The notes beneath the pieces were generated by a model, which saw only the letters and a program-made list of their open reading frames with translations, made no database searches and was not told where the DNA came from. The position numbers and the translations under genes are program-made. Of a stretch of 64,000 bases of DNA, positions 47,277 through 56,552 are shown in pieces. Where the stretch lies: positions 6,810-70,809 of the forward strand of contig JAYKGV010000057.1 of NCBI GenBank assembly GCA_035285595.1, given 5' to 3'. The DNA comes from Candidatus Sericytochromatia bacterium. Lineage in GTDB: Bacteria > Cyanobacteriota > Sericytochromatia > S15B-MN24 > VGJW01. The stretch's first letter is position 1; every line of letters begins with the position of its first letter.

Positions 47277-47714
47277 TCAAGCCGTCTTTCGGGCCTTGCG
47301 CAGACGAGGATGGAGTTCGCAAAGGACACGTGCAGCCAAGGACGGGTCAGGCAGGCTGGCGAGGTCATCAAGGCTGATGATGCCCTGCAACGTGCCATTG
47401 GCAGGTTGGCTGCTCACGCAGAGTCGACGGACCCGATGCCGGATCATCTGGTCGGCGGCTTCCTCCAGCGACGCATCCGGATCGACGCAGACCGGTCCGT
47501 GATGGATCAAGTTGCGGATGGGCAGTTGAACCGCATCGGCGGTTAGCGCCTCGATGGCCAAATCGCGGTCGGTCACCACGCCCATGATCCGACCACCTTC
47601 CAGGATGGGCACGAGGCCCACGTCCTCACGTTTCATAAGGCGAGCTACCTCGAGGACCGTCGTCTCGGGGCCACTGGTGTGGACGTGGGGGTTCATGAGG
47701 TCTCGGACACGCAT
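47277..47714 (-). CDS. CBS-pair domain protein
   Basis: Two CBS motifs (VRDLMNPHVHT...GLVPILEGGRIMGVVTDRDL; ...RRLCVSS...LQGIISLDDL). Confidence 0.85.
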   Translation of the reverse strand: MRVRDLMNPHVHTSGPETTVLEVARLMKREDVGLVPILEGGRIMGVVTDRDLAIEALTADAVQLPIRNLIHHGPVCVDPDASLEEAADQMIRHRVRRLCVSSQPANGTLQGIISLDDLASLPDPSLAARVLCELHPRLRKARKTA

Positions 47715-47809
47715 GGCGCACTCCTGTCGGCATAGGGGGATGGCCTCATGCTGTCCCCGCGGCCCACAGGGACAAGGGATGCCGCCTCGCTCTCTGCTAG
47801 ACTTGGAGG

Positions 47810-49321
47810 ATGCTACGGGTCCACAACGACCTGACCAGGCGGCTTGAACCGTTCGCCCCCGCGAATCCGCCCGAGGTCACGATGTACGCCTGCGGGGTGA
47901 CGGTTTATGACGCCTGTCATCTGGGCCATGCACGTGCCTATGTGGCGTGGGACGTCGTCCGACGCTACCTCGAGCATTTGGGCTATCAGGTTCGGCATGT
48001 CCAGAACTTCACCGATATCGACGACAAAATCATTCAGCGTGCCGCCGAGCGGGGTGAGGATCCCGGGACGCTTGCTCAGCGCTGGGAGCAGGCCTACTTC
48101 GCGGATATGGATCGGTTGGCGATTCTGCGCGCCACCGAGTATCCCCGGGCCACGGAGTTCGTTCCGGCCATGGTGCGATTCATCGAGGGCCTTATGGCCA
48201 AGGGCCATGCCTATGTCGTGGCGGATGGCAGCGTGTATTTCGATGTGGCCAGTTTTCCCGCCTATGGGAGACTGTCCGGCCGGTCGGCCGAAGATCTGGG
48301 CCAGCGCACCCGCCTCGATGAGCCGGATCCACAGAAGCGTGGTCCGGCCGACTTTGCGCTCTGGAAGGCTGCGAAGCCCGGTGAGCCGAGCTGGTCCAGC
48401 CCGTGGGGCGAGGGCCGCCCCGGGTGGCATCTCGAGTGCTCGGCCATGGCGGAGGCGTTGCTGGGCAAGACGATCGACCTGCATGTCGGGGGTGTCGACT
48501 TGCTGTTTCCACACCATGAGAACGAAGTGGCGCAGTCCGAGGCTCTGCATGACTGTGCCTTCGTCAGGTGTTGGTTGCACAATGGCTTCGTCAACATCGC
48601 CGAGGAGAAGATGTCCAAGAGTCTGGGCAATTTCCGGACGGTGCGCGACCTGCTCGAGGTCCACGATGCCCAGGCGGTCCGCTTCTTCCTGCTGCAGACA
48701 CACTATCGGCAGGATCTTTCTTTCACGGAAGAGGCCCTGGTCGGGGCCGCCCGCGCCATGGCAAGGTTGCGACGCTCGCTTGGTGTGCGCCGTGCCGCCT
48801 TGGCGCCCGTGACTCCTGCGGTTCAGACCTTGCAGGAAAAAATCAGCAGAGCCTTCGCAGAGGCGATGGACGATGATTTCAATACCCCTCGTGCCCTTGC
48901 GGCCCTATGGGATGCCCGAGCCGACCTTGCCGCACTTGCAGGCCCGGATGCCGCGGCGGCCGGCCATTCCGTGGAGCTTGTCCTGACGTTGGCTGAGGTC
49001 TTGGGTCTGGACCTGTCCCAGCCTCAGGGCGAGGGCGACTGGCCCGAGGCCGTGGCGGCCGCGGCTGAGACGCTGCGCGAGGTCACCCCGCATGGGCTGT
49101 CCGATGCGACGGACACGCAAGAGCAGCTGGCTCATTGGCTTTTCGCGCGCCGTCAGGCCAAGGCGGCCAAGGACTTTGCGTTGGCCGATGCGCTGCGCAG
49201 TCAACTGACGGCCAGCGGCTTCGTCTTGGCCGATCGCAAGGATGGCTCCGTCGAAGTCGCGTTGACCTCCGAGCCGGGCTGGTCGTGGATCTGGCAACCG
49301 GAAGGCCATCCCGTTGCCTGA
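47810..49321 (+). CDS. cysS: cysteine--tRNA ligase
   Basis: MYACGVTVYDACHLGHAR (HIGH-type) and KMSKSLGN motifs. Full length. Confidence 0.95.
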   Translation: MLRVHNDLTRRLEPFAPANPPEVTMYACGVTVYDACHLGHARAYVAWDVVRRYLEHLGYQVRHVQNFTDIDDKIIQRAAERGEDPGTLAQRWEQAYFADMDRLAILRATEYPRATEFVPAMVRFIEGLMAKGHAYVVADGSVYFDVASFPAYGRLSGRSAEDLGQRTRLDEPDPQKRGPADFALWKAAKPGEPSWSSPWGEGRPGWHLECSAMAEALLGKTIDLHVGGVDLLFPHHENEVAQSEALHDCAFVRCWLHNGFVNIAEEKMSKSLGNFRTVRDLLEVHDAQAVRFFLLQTHYRQDLSFTEEALVGAARAMARLRRSLGVRRAALAPVTPAVQTLQEKISRAFAEAMDDDFNTPRALAALWDARADLAALAGPDAAAAGHSVELVLTLAEVLGLDLSQPQGEGDWPEAVAAAAETLREVTPHGLSDATDTQEQLAHWLFARRQAKAAKDFALADALRSQLTASGFVLADRKDGSVEVALTSEPGWSWIWQPEGHPVA

Positions 49322-49805
49322 TTGCCCAGGTCCTGAGGCCTTGGCGGAGGCGCGCGCGGGTCAGCCGGCCCGATTGCTGGCCGAAGTTCACCCCCGGGAT
49401 CTGGCGTATCTCGGGGACGCCGTCCATGAACTCGAGATCCGTCGACGTAGTCTCTCCCGGCCGATGCAAGGGCGAGTCCGTCATCGCGAGACCGTGCGAC
49501 GAGTCCGTGCAGGGGCACAAGCAGACGTGTTACGTCGCCTCGAGCCGGATTTGGCCGAGGATGAGCGCGAGGTCGTTCGCCGGGCACGCGCCTTGAAACA
49601 CCTCGCCACCCGTTCAGCCGACCCGGGGACTTATCGCTGGGCTACGGCATTCGAGGCCTGGATCGGCTATCTTTGGCTGCTGGGCCGCCACGAGCGGCTG
49701 GCCTGGGTGTTGGCCCGGGCCGAGGAGTTTGTCGGTTCCGGCGAGTCCGCCGTCGTTGCATCCGAGGAGGATGAAGATGCCCCCAGGCAAGAAGCCCGGC
49801 CCTAA
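49314..49805 (+). CDS. mrnC: mini-ribonuclease III
   Basis: DLAYLGDAVHELEIRRR RNase III-like signature, about 150 aa, directly after cysS as in Bacillus. The TTG start at 49314 is uncertain. Confidence 0.75.
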   Translation: MPDCPGPEALAEARAGQPARLLAEVHPRDLAYLGDAVHELEIRRRSLSRPMQGRVRHRETVRRVRAGAQADVLRRLEPDLAEDEREVVRRARALKHLATRSADPGTYRWATAFEAWIGYLWLLGRHERLAWVLARAEEFVGSGESAVVASEEDEDAPRQEARP

Positions 49806-50910
49806 GGGCCGTTCACCCTCCGGCAACAGTCCGGCGCGTGGTCGCAAGATGGGCCCCGTCTCCGCATCGATGGCCCGAAAAATGGGGATTGACGTGCCGC
49901 CAGCGGGCACTCCCCGGAAGGCGACAGGCCAGGGGAGCGGAGCGCCCAAGGCGGGTGGATTCAAGGGTGGACGGCCTATGGGCCGCGAGGTGGTCCGTGA
50001 GGATGCCTCGGCCTCTCGCGAGCGTGCAGGAAGTCGGGCATCGGGCGGGCGCGAGGGGGATCGTCCCGCCCCCCGTCCCGGTCGGCAGCGGCGCGATGCC
50101 GAGGCCGCCCCGCGGCTGCGCGCGGCCCGGAAGCCTCCCGTCGAGGCTGGTGCGGAGGATACACAGGAACGCCCTGAACCGGAGGGCGAGATGGTCTGGG
50201 GTCGCCATGCCGTGATGGCGGCGCTGCGCAGCGGTCGGCCGGTCAACAAGATCTGGTTGCAACGCAGTCTGGAAGATGCCAAGTTTGCCACGGCCATCCG
50301 CATGCAAGCCCGCGAGGCCGGCGTGGCGGTCGTCGAGGTGGAGCGTGCACGCCTCGAGGTATTGGTCGCGGGTCCTCATCAGGGGATCGTCGCGTCGCTC
50401 GCGCCCGTCGCCTATCAGACCTTTGCCCGTGTGCTCGAGGCGGCCAAGGCCGCGGAACGTCCACTCCTTCTGCTGTTGGAGGGTATCGAGGATCCGCATA
50501 ATCTGGGAGCGCTCATTCGTTCCGCCGAGGCAGCGGGAGCCCAGGGCGTGGTCATTCCGCAACGGCGGGCCGTGGGCCTGACGGGCGTTGTGGCCAAGGC
50601 GGCGGCAGGTGCGTTGGATTTGTTGCCTGTGGCCCGCGTGGTCAACCTGGCCCAAGCCGTACGTGACCTGCAGCAGGCGGGCTTCTGGGTCGTGGCTGCG
50701 GATGGCGCGGGGGAAGAACTGCCCTGGCAGGTCGACATGAAGGGGCCCATTGCCTTGCTCGTCGGCAGCGAGGGCAAGGGGCTTTCCCGCAACCTTCTCG
50801 AGACTTGCGACCATGTCGTGCGCTTGCCGATGCCCGGCAAGACTCCGTCGCTCAACGCCTCGGTGGCGGGTGGCATCCTGCTCTTCGAGGCCGTGCGCCA
50901 GCGCAGCTGA
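49777..50910 (+). CDS. rlmB: SpoU/TrmH-family 23S rRNA 2'-O-methyltransferase (RlmB-like) with a basic N-terminal extension
   Basis: VWGRHAVMAALRSGRPVNKIWL, LLLLEGIEDPHNLGALIRSAEAAGA, LLVGSEGKGL, PSLNASVAGGILLFE. ATG at 49777, 6 nt after GAGGAGG (ATG at 49771 is the alternative). Confidence 0.85.
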   Translation: MPPGKKPGPKGRSPSGNSPARGRKMGPVSASMARKMGIDVPPAGTPRKATGQGSGAPKAGGFKGGRPMGREVVREDASASRERAGSRASGGREGDRPAPRPGRQRRDAEAAPRLRAARKPPVEAGAEDTQERPEPEGEMVWGRHAVMAALRSGRPVNKIWLQRSLEDAKFATAIRMQAREAGVAVVEVERARLEVLVAGPHQGIVASLAPVAYQTFARVLEAAKAAERPLLLLLEGIEDPHNLGALIRSAEAAGAQGVVIPQRRAVGLTGVVAKAAAGALDLLPVARVVNLAQAVRDLQQAGFWVVAADGAGEELPWQVDMKGPIALLVGSEGKGLSRNLLETCDHVVRLPMPGKTPSLNASVAGGILLFEAVRQRS

Positions 50911-50930
50911 GCCGCGTCTTCCTGCGCCAC

Positions 50931-50964
50931 AAAGGCCGCCCCGGAATCATCTGGGGCGGCCTTT
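50931..50964. terminator. bidirectional intrinsic terminator between rlmB and ftsH
   Basis: aaaggccgcccc-ggaatcatct-ggggcggccttt, a 12-bp stem with A/T runs on both flanks. Confidence 0.75.
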
Positions 50965-50987
50965 GCGGCACCAAGGAAAGGCGCTCC

Positions 50988-52844
50988 TCACGCCGGCGTG
51001 GGAACGGGCTCCGTGGCCGCCGCAGGGGGTTGTCCACCTTGGACCAGGGCCTTGAATTCGTCGGCGTCGAGTGTCTCCCGCCGGATGAGCTCTTGCGCCA
51101 CCCGTTCGAGCACGTCACGATGCTCGGTCAGGATCTCGCGGGCGCGCTTGTGACAGCTTTCCACGATGTGGCGCACTTCTCGGTCGATGAGGGCCGCCAC
51201 GTCTTCGCTGAAGTTGCGGTCTTCGCCCAGTTCGCGGCCGAGGAAGACGTGCTCGGTACGCCGCCCGAAGGCCAAGGGACCCACCGCCTCCGACATCCCC
51301 CACTCCGTGACCATGCGTCGGGCCAGTGCCGTGGCGCGCTCGAGGTCGTTGCTGGCACCTGTGGTGATCTCGTCAAAGACGATATCTTCGGCCACCTGAC
51401 CGCCGAACATCATGGTGATCCGGTCAAGCAGCTCGCTTCGGCTGGTCAGGACGCGATCCTCTTCGGGCAGGGTCATCGTGAGACCAAGGGCCATGCCTCG
51501 GGACACGATGGTCACCTTGTGGACCGGATCGGCATGGGGCAGCTCATGTGCGACGAGCGCGTGACCCACCTCGTGATAGGCAATGATTTCCTTTTCGCGA
51601 TCTCCGATGATCCGGCTGCGGCGCTCCGGACCGGCAATGACCTTGTCGATGGCCTGCTCGAAGTCTTCCATGACGACTTCCTTGCGGTTTTGCCGAGCGG
51701 CCAGCAGGGCGGCTTCGTTGGCCATGTTCTGCAAGTCTGCCCCGGTGAACCCCGGTGTCCGCTTGGCGAGAATCTCGAGGTCGACTCCGTCGGCGAGTGG
51801 CTTGTTCTTGACGTGAACCTCGAGGATGGCCTTCCTTCCCCGCACGTCCGGCTGGTCCACGACGACCTGACGATCGAAGCGGCCGGGCCGCATGAGGGCG
51901 GCATCCAGAATGTCGGGGCGGTTGGTGGCGGCGATGACGATGACACTGACGTTGGGCTCGAAACCATCCATCTCGACCAGAAGCTGGTTGAGCGTCTGTT
52001 CACGTTCGTCGTGCCCCCCGCCCAGGCCCGCTCCACGCTGCCGGCCGACGGCGTCGATTTCGTCGACGAACACGATGCATGGCGCGTGCTTCTTGGCCTG
52101 CTCGAAGAGGTCACGGACGCGGCTTGCTCCCACGCCCACGAACATCTCGACGAAGTCCGAACCCGAAATGCTGAAGAACGGCACTCCGGCCTCGCCGGCA
52201 ATGGCCTTGGCCAGCAAGGTCTTGCCCGTCCCCGGGGCGCCCACCAGCAGCACCCCGCGGGGGATGCGTGCGCCCAGCGCCTGAAACTTCTCTGGTGTCT
52301 TCAGGAACTCGACAATCTCCTGCAGTTCCGTCTTGGCCTCTTCGATGCCCGCCACGTCGGCGAATGTGAGCTTGGGCTTGTTGTCGAGCATCATCTTGGC
52401 TCGGCTCTTGCCGAAGCTCATCGCCTGGTTGGAGCCACTCTGGGCCTGCCGCAGCATGAAGATCCACAGGCCCACGATGATGAGGATGGGAACGAGGACG
52501 GTGCTGAGCAGGGAGACCCACCAGTTGGTCTGGTCCGGACGCTTGCCCGAGATCTCGACGCGGGCTTCCTTGAGCGTGGCGATCAGGCTGGGGTCGTCCG
52601 GAGCCACGGTGCGCAACTGGGTGGGACGGGTTCCAGGGGTGGTCTCACGCGGCGTGGCCACGATGGTCCCTGACAGGTTGTCGATGGTGACGGACTTCAA
52701 GGAGCCTTTGTCGACCAGCTCGAGAAAGCGGGTGTAGGTCACGTCCTCGACGACATGACCCGAGCGCATCAGGCTGCCCACGAAGACGAATGCCAGCAGC
52801 ACCAGCAGGATGGAGATGCCACTGTTCTTCCAGAACCTGTTCAC
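50988..52844 (-). CDS. ftsH: ATP-dependent zinc metalloprotease FtsH
   Basis: Two N-terminal TMs, AAA+ Walker [14 protein letters not shown], Walker [13 protein letters not shown], and zinc site HEVGHAL. GTG start. Confidence 0.96.
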   Translation of the reverse strand: MNRFWKNSGISILLVLLAFVFVGSLMRSGHVVEDVTYTRFLELVDKGSLKSVTIDNLSGTIVATPRETTPGTRPTQLRTVAPDDPSLIATLKEARVEISGKRPDQTNWWVSLLSTVLVPILIIVGLWIFMLRQAQSGSNQAMSFGKSRAKMMLDNKPKLTFADVAGIEEAKTELQEIVEFLKTPEKFQALGARIPRGVLLVGAPGTGKTLLAKAIAGEAGVPFFSISGSDFVEMFVGVGASRVRDLFEQAKKHAPCIVFVDEIDAVGRQRGAGLGGGHDEREQTLNQLLVEMDGFEPNVSVIVIAATNRPDILDAALMRPGRFDRQVVVDQPDVRGRKAILEVHVKNKPLADGVDLEILAKRTPGFTGADLQNMANEAALLAARQNRKEVVMEDFEQAIDKVIAGPERRSRIIGDREKEIIAYHEVGHALVAHELPHADPVHKVTIVSRGMALGLTMTLPEEDRVLTSRSELLDRITMMFGGQVAEDIVFDEITTGASNDLERATALARRMVTEWGMSEAVGPLAFGRRTEHVFLGRELGEDRNFSEDVAALIDREVRHIVESCHKRAREILTEHRDVLERVAQELIRRETLDADEFKALVQGGQPPAAATEPVPTPA

Positions 52845-52853
52845 GTCAAGGCC

Positions 52854-53900
52854 TCAGCAAACCCGAAGATCGGGCGGGGAATGCCCCTCGGGCATGCTAG
52901 GCCCGCCGGGGGTGGGCGTCAAGCAAAGGCGGCATGGCACAAGGGTTTCGGCCGACGAGGCCATGAGGGCCAACCGGCCGTCTCGCACGGCCAGCACGCC
53001 GCCTTTGAGGTGCAGGTGGCCGGGGCTTCCCGCAGCCAGCCACCCGATGACCTGTTCTGTTCTTGCCGTGTCCCACTCAGGCTGCCATCTTTGCAAGACC
53101 CGACGTTGCACGGCAGGCGGCAGACCCGCCAAGCCCGCGGCAACGGGGGCACGTGAGCCGTCGACGCACAGGTCGACATAGGCGGTCTCTGCCCAGGCTG
53201 CGAGGGCTTCACGGTCTTCCCGGGCTCTGTCCGCCAGACGTCCGAAGGCTTCGACCCACCGGGGCTGTAGTTGCCCCAGCAAGGGAGCGAGCTGCAGCCG
53301 GATGAAGTTCCGGGGGGTATGGCCCGGATCGAAGTTGGTGGGGTCTTCGAGAGGGGGTGGGAGGCCCTGATCGCGATACCAGGAAGCAAGGGCCGAGCGT
53401 GTGCAGGGCAGCAGGGGGCGCAACAGCCGCACCCCCCCGGGACCCTCGCCGACAATCCCCATCCCGGCCAGTCCGTCGGGTGCCGTACCTCTCACCATCC
53501 GGAGCAGCAGGGTCTCTGCTTGATCATCGGCGTGATGACCCAGCGCGATGGCGGAGATGCCCATGGTGCTCGCCAGCTTCGAAAGGGCCTCATATCGTGC
53601 CTCCCGTGCCGCGGTTTCACCCCGAGGGGGCGAGGTCAGATGCAAGACGGTGCATGGTCTTCCCATGCTGCTGGCCAGAGCCTCGACGTGGCGAGCATCT
53701 GCGGCGGAATCCGGCCGCATGCCGTGGTCGACATGCGCCACGTGCAGTGGATGACGGTCGATTCCTGCCAAGAGGGCCAGCAAGGTCGTGGAGTCCAGTC
53801 CGCCACTGACGGCGACGAGAATCGGGGAACCGGCAGCTGGCCAGCCCGCTTGGGCGGCGGCGTGCTTCACTGCCTCCGGAGGATGGCGACGAAGGAGCAT
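52854..53900 (-). CDS. tilS: tRNA(Ile)-lysidine synthase
   Basis: PP-loop VAVSGGLDSTTLL, followed by ftsH as in Bacillus. Start set to the ATG at 53900 so that it does not run through the tRNA at 53907..53980. Confidence 0.88.
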   Translation of the reverse strand: MLLRRHPPEAVKHAAAQAGWPAAGSPILVAVSGGLDSTTLLALLAGIDRHPLHVAHVDHGMRPDSAADARHVEALASSMGRPCTVLHLTSPPRGETAAREARYEALSKLASTMGISAIALGHHADDQAETLLLRMVRGTAPDGLAGMGIVGEGPGGVRLLRPLLPCTRSALASWYRDQGLPPPLEDPTNFDPGHTPRNFIRLQLAPLLGQLQPRWVEAFGRLADRAREDREALAAWAETAYVDLCVDGSRAPVAAGLAGLPPAVQRRVLQRWQPEWDTARTEQVIGWLAAGSPGHLHLKGGVLAVRDGRLALMASSAETLVPCRLCLTPTPGGPSMPEGHSPPDLRVC

Positions 53901-53906
53901 GGCGAG

Positions 53907-53980
53907 TGGCACCAACTGGATTTGAACCAGTGACACAGCGGGTATGAACCGCTTGCTCTACCGGGCTGAGCTATGGTGCC
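53907..53980 (-). tRNA. tRNA with CAU anticodon (elongator Met or Ile2), not initiator-like
   Basis: Manual cloverleaf: GGCACCA/TGGTGCC acceptor, GCTC-AGCCCGGTA-GAGC D-arm, AGCGG-TTCATAC-CCGCT anticodon arm, ACTGG-TTCAAAT-CCAGT T-arm, discriminator A. 74 nt, no encoded CCA. Confidence 0.9.
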
Positions 53981-54032
53981 GCGGAAGACGATGTTACGCC
54001 TCGAGGGCTCGAAGCGTCAAGCAGCGCACCGT

Positions 54033-54887
54033 TCAGTCAAGGGACGCGAGCAGCGTCCGGACCAGCTGCTTCATGCGGTCGGCCGTCGCGGCCACGGTGT
54101 CCAGCACGTCCTGTTCGGTCGCGTGGTGATGAGCGTCCGGCAAAGCCATGTCGCTGATGAGGCCCAGGCCCAGCACCTTCAGGCCCGCATGGATGGCGGT
54201 GATGACCTCAGGAACGGTCGACATGCCGATGGCGTCGGCGCCGATGGTCTGGAGATAACGCAGTTCGGCCCGGGTGAAGTACGCCGGACCGGTGATGCCG
54301 GCGTACACGCCCTCTTGCAGGGCAAAGCCCAAGGACAGGGCGGCCATGACCGCTTTGGCCCGGAGCATGGGCTCATAGGCTTCGAACATCACCGGGAAAC
54401 GAGGTCCGAGTTCGGAATCATTGGGGCCAATCAAAGGATTACCGCCCGTCAGGTTGAGATGGTCGGTGATGACCATGATGTCGCCGGCCGAGAATGAACG
54501 GTTGAGTCCGCCCGTGGCACAGGTCACGACAAGCTCGCGCACTCCCAGTGCCGCGAAGACCCGGACAGGGAAGGCGACCTGGGCCTGGCTGTAGCCCTCG
54601 TAGGTGTGGAAGCGTCCCTGCATCATCACGACGTCCTGACCCGAGAGGCGTCCTGCCACGAGGCGACCCGCGTGCCCGGGGGCCGTGGATTCGGGGAAGC
54701 CCGGAATCTCCCCATAGGGGATGACGATGGCGTCCTCCACTTCATCAGCGAGCGGGCCGAGGCCGGATCCCAGGATCATCGCCACGCGGGGCGTGGCGAC
54801 ACCCTTGTCACGCAGCGCGGCGACGGCTCGCGCGATGGCTTCGCGCTGGGCTTCGACGGCGGGATGAAGGGTCGCGGTGGCGGACAT
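54033..54887 (-). CDS. punA: purine nucleoside phosphorylase (PunA type)
   Basis: ILGSGLGPLAD...IPGFPESTAPGHAGRLV...GRFHTYEGY...ATGGLN...GNPLIGPN...GPRFP. Start is the ATG at 54887. The track ORF extension to 55073 reads through tRNA-Ser. Confidence 0.9.
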   Translation of the reverse strand: MSATATLHPAVEAQREAIARAVAALRDKGVATPRVAMILGSGLGPLADEVEDAIVIPYGEIPGFPESTAPGHAGRLVAGRLSGQDVVMMQGRFHTYEGYSQAQVAFPVRVFAALGVRELVVTCATGGLNRSFSAGDIMVITDHLNLTGGNPLIGPNDSELGPRFPVMFEAYEPMLRAKAVMAALSLGFALQEGVYAGITGPAYFTRAELRYLQTIGADAIGMSTVPEVITAIHAGLKVLGLGLISDMALPDAHHHATEQDVLDTVAATADRMKQLVRTLLASLD

Positions 54888-54914
54888 GGGAGCCTCACGT
54901 CGAGGGGGGTGGAG

Positions 54915-55004
54915 CGGGGAGACGGGGATTCGAACCCCGGAGACGACTTTTGGCCGCCTACAGTCTTTCCAGGACTGCCTGTTCAACCACTCCAGCATCT
55001 CCCC
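54915..55004 (-). tRNA. tRNA-Ser (GGA)
   Basis: 90-nt class II tRNA: GGGGAGA acceptor, 3-bp D-stem, CAGTC-CTGGAAA-GACTG anticodon arm, long variable arm, GGGGTTCGAATCCCC T-arm. No encoded CCA. Confidence 0.92.
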
Positions 55005-55015
55005 TGGAGCCGGAC

Positions 55016-55067
55016 GGCCGCGCGGCCGACCCGTCAAGAATCGAATTCTGGGTCGGACCGCGCGGCC
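55016..55067 (-). terminator. long GC hairpin downstream of flagellin (terminator/processing candidate)
   Basis: ggccgcgcggccgaccc ... gggtcgg(a)ccgcgcggcc, about a 17-bp stem with one bulge. No clear U-tract. Confidence 0.45.
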
Positions 55068-55090
55068 TGTCAAGCCGAAGCCGCTCGAGT

Positions 55091-55918
55091 TCAGCTGCCG
55101 CGGATCATCCGCAGCACGCCCTCGTTTCTTCCTGCGACCTGCGCGAGCATCGCCCGGGCCGATTCCTGCATCAGTTGGGCCCGCAGCATGCGCGTGCTTT
55201 CTGCAGCCAGATCGGCATCCCGGATCCGCGACACGGAGGCACTCAGGTTCTGGGATTCGACACTGAGGGCGGCCGCAGTGTAATCCATGCGGTTTATTCT
55301 GGCCCCTACCTTGCTGCGGGCCTGGTTGAGGGTATCCATGGCGTCATCGATCTTGCCCAGTGTGGTGGCGGCATGGGCCGCCGAGGAGACGACGAGGTCC
55401 GACGTCTCAAGATCCAGATCTGACGCCTTGACCCCATCCAGAGCCACGTAGGTCGTCTGTCCGCTGCTGGAACCGATCTGGAACGTGAAGGTCGCCGTGC
55501 CATCGAGCAGCTTCTTGCCATTGAAGGTGGTCTGGTCACCGATGCGGTCGAGCTCGGCCGAAAGCAGGTCGAGTTCCGTCTTCACGGCGCTGCGGTCCTC
55601 GGTGGACATCGTGTCGTTGGCGGCGGCCACCGTGAGCTCCCGCATGCGGATGAGGATGTCGGAGGTGGACTCCATCGCCCCATCGGCGGTGGCGAGAAGG
55701 GACGAAGCCTCGCCGACGTTTTGCGCGGCACGGTCGATGCCGACGACCAGACCGCGCATCCTGGCTGACATGGCGGCGCCTGCGGGATCATCGGCTGACG
55801 AGTTGAGGCGCAGGCCGCTCGCCAGTCGGTGGATGGAACGGTTGAGCTCACTCTCGTTGCGGCTCAGACTCCGCAAGATTTGGCGCGAGGGGGGGGGCAC
55901 GGGAAATTCGATGGGCAT
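55091..55918 (-). CDS. flagellin (short, D0/D1-only type)
   Basis: RLASGLRLNSSADDPAGAAMSARMRG, ILIRMRELTVAAAND, FNGKKLLDG and C-terminal SRIRDADLAAESTRMLRAQLMQESARAMLAQ. ATG at 55918 behind AAGGAGG. Confidence 0.92.
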   Translation of the reverse strand: MPIEFPVPPPSRQILRSLSRNESELNRSIHRLASGLRLNSSADDPAGAAMSARMRGLVVGIDRAAQNVGEASSLLATADGAMESTSDILIRMRELTVAAANDTMSTEDRSAVKTELDLLSAELDRIGDQTTFNGKKLLDGTATFTFQIGSSSGQTTYVALDGVKASDLDLETSDLVVSSAAHAATTLGKIDDAMDTLNQARSKVGARINRMDYTAAALSVESQNLSASVSRIRDADLAAESTRMLRAQLMQESARAMLAQVAGRNEGVLRMIRGS

Positions 55919-55921
55919 GGG

Positions 55922-55960
55922 ACCTCCTTGCTGGGACACGTTCCGCCATCCATGGCGGAA
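55922..55960 (-). promoter_or_regulatory. flagellin 5-prime leader with two CsrA-type GGA sites (hairpin loop plus SD)
   Basis: The mRNA reads UUCCGCC-AUGGAU-GGCGGAA (7-bp stem, GGA in the hexaloop), then CAAGGAGG overlapping the Shine-Dalgarno 24 nt downstream. Confidence 0.5.
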
Positions 55961-56552
55961 CCAGGGGAAGCCGGCTCCGGGGAGGAGCCTTGGCCCGGGT
56001 GTGGGGCACCGCGGGGGCTTCGGGAACGGGGCCTGAACTCCCCGATCTCCGAGTTTATGTTACCCGAGAAGCCCCACGACTTGTCTGTCCTTGCGGCGTT
56101 CCGGTCTGCTTCGGGGTGATCTGGGGGAACATAACGCTTCAAGAGGCGTGCCGCGCGACCGATCTGGAGGAATGTCACCCCCCGCGAGGGGAGGACATAT
56201 GAGGCGAGGGCCCTGCACCGCACGGACCTTCGTCACTTCCAATCAACCGCCGCGACCGGACTGGGACCCGGAAGCGGAGCGTGGTGGGCGCAAGGCATCT
56301 TCTGGCTAAGCTGGGTCCGAAGGGCGAGCAGGCGACCACACCAGGCGGGACCGACCTGAACCGGTTCCAGGGGGAAGCGACGGGGACGGCGGGCAGGTGC
56401 CTCGCCCTTTTTCGCTACAGACGTCCGGCAAGCGCTTGCCGTTCAAGTGCCGAGACCTGCAGGGCCCTCCTTCGACGTGCGCGGGGATGGGACACGTGTG
56501 AAGGGCCGGTCACGGGTGGTTGCCCGCTGACCGGCCCGGAGGCTCCGAGGTC

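Noticed and set aside
47715-47809. A T-box leader upstream of cysS.
   Set aside because: The intergenic region is only 95 nt and has no specifier or T-box sequence. It is far too short.
54888-55073. N-terminal extension of the punA ORF, and likewise of tilS at 53901..53936.
   Set aside because: The extensions read straight through the tRNA-Ser and tRNA(CAU) genes. Internal ATGs at 54887 and 53900 give normal-length proteins.
55961-56100. A sigma28/FliA promoter (TAAA-N15-GCCGATAA) upstream of flagellin.
   Set aside because: I read the minus strand through this stretch. The only TAAA is followed at the right spacing by GTTCAGGC, not a CCGATA-like box. No promoter is called.
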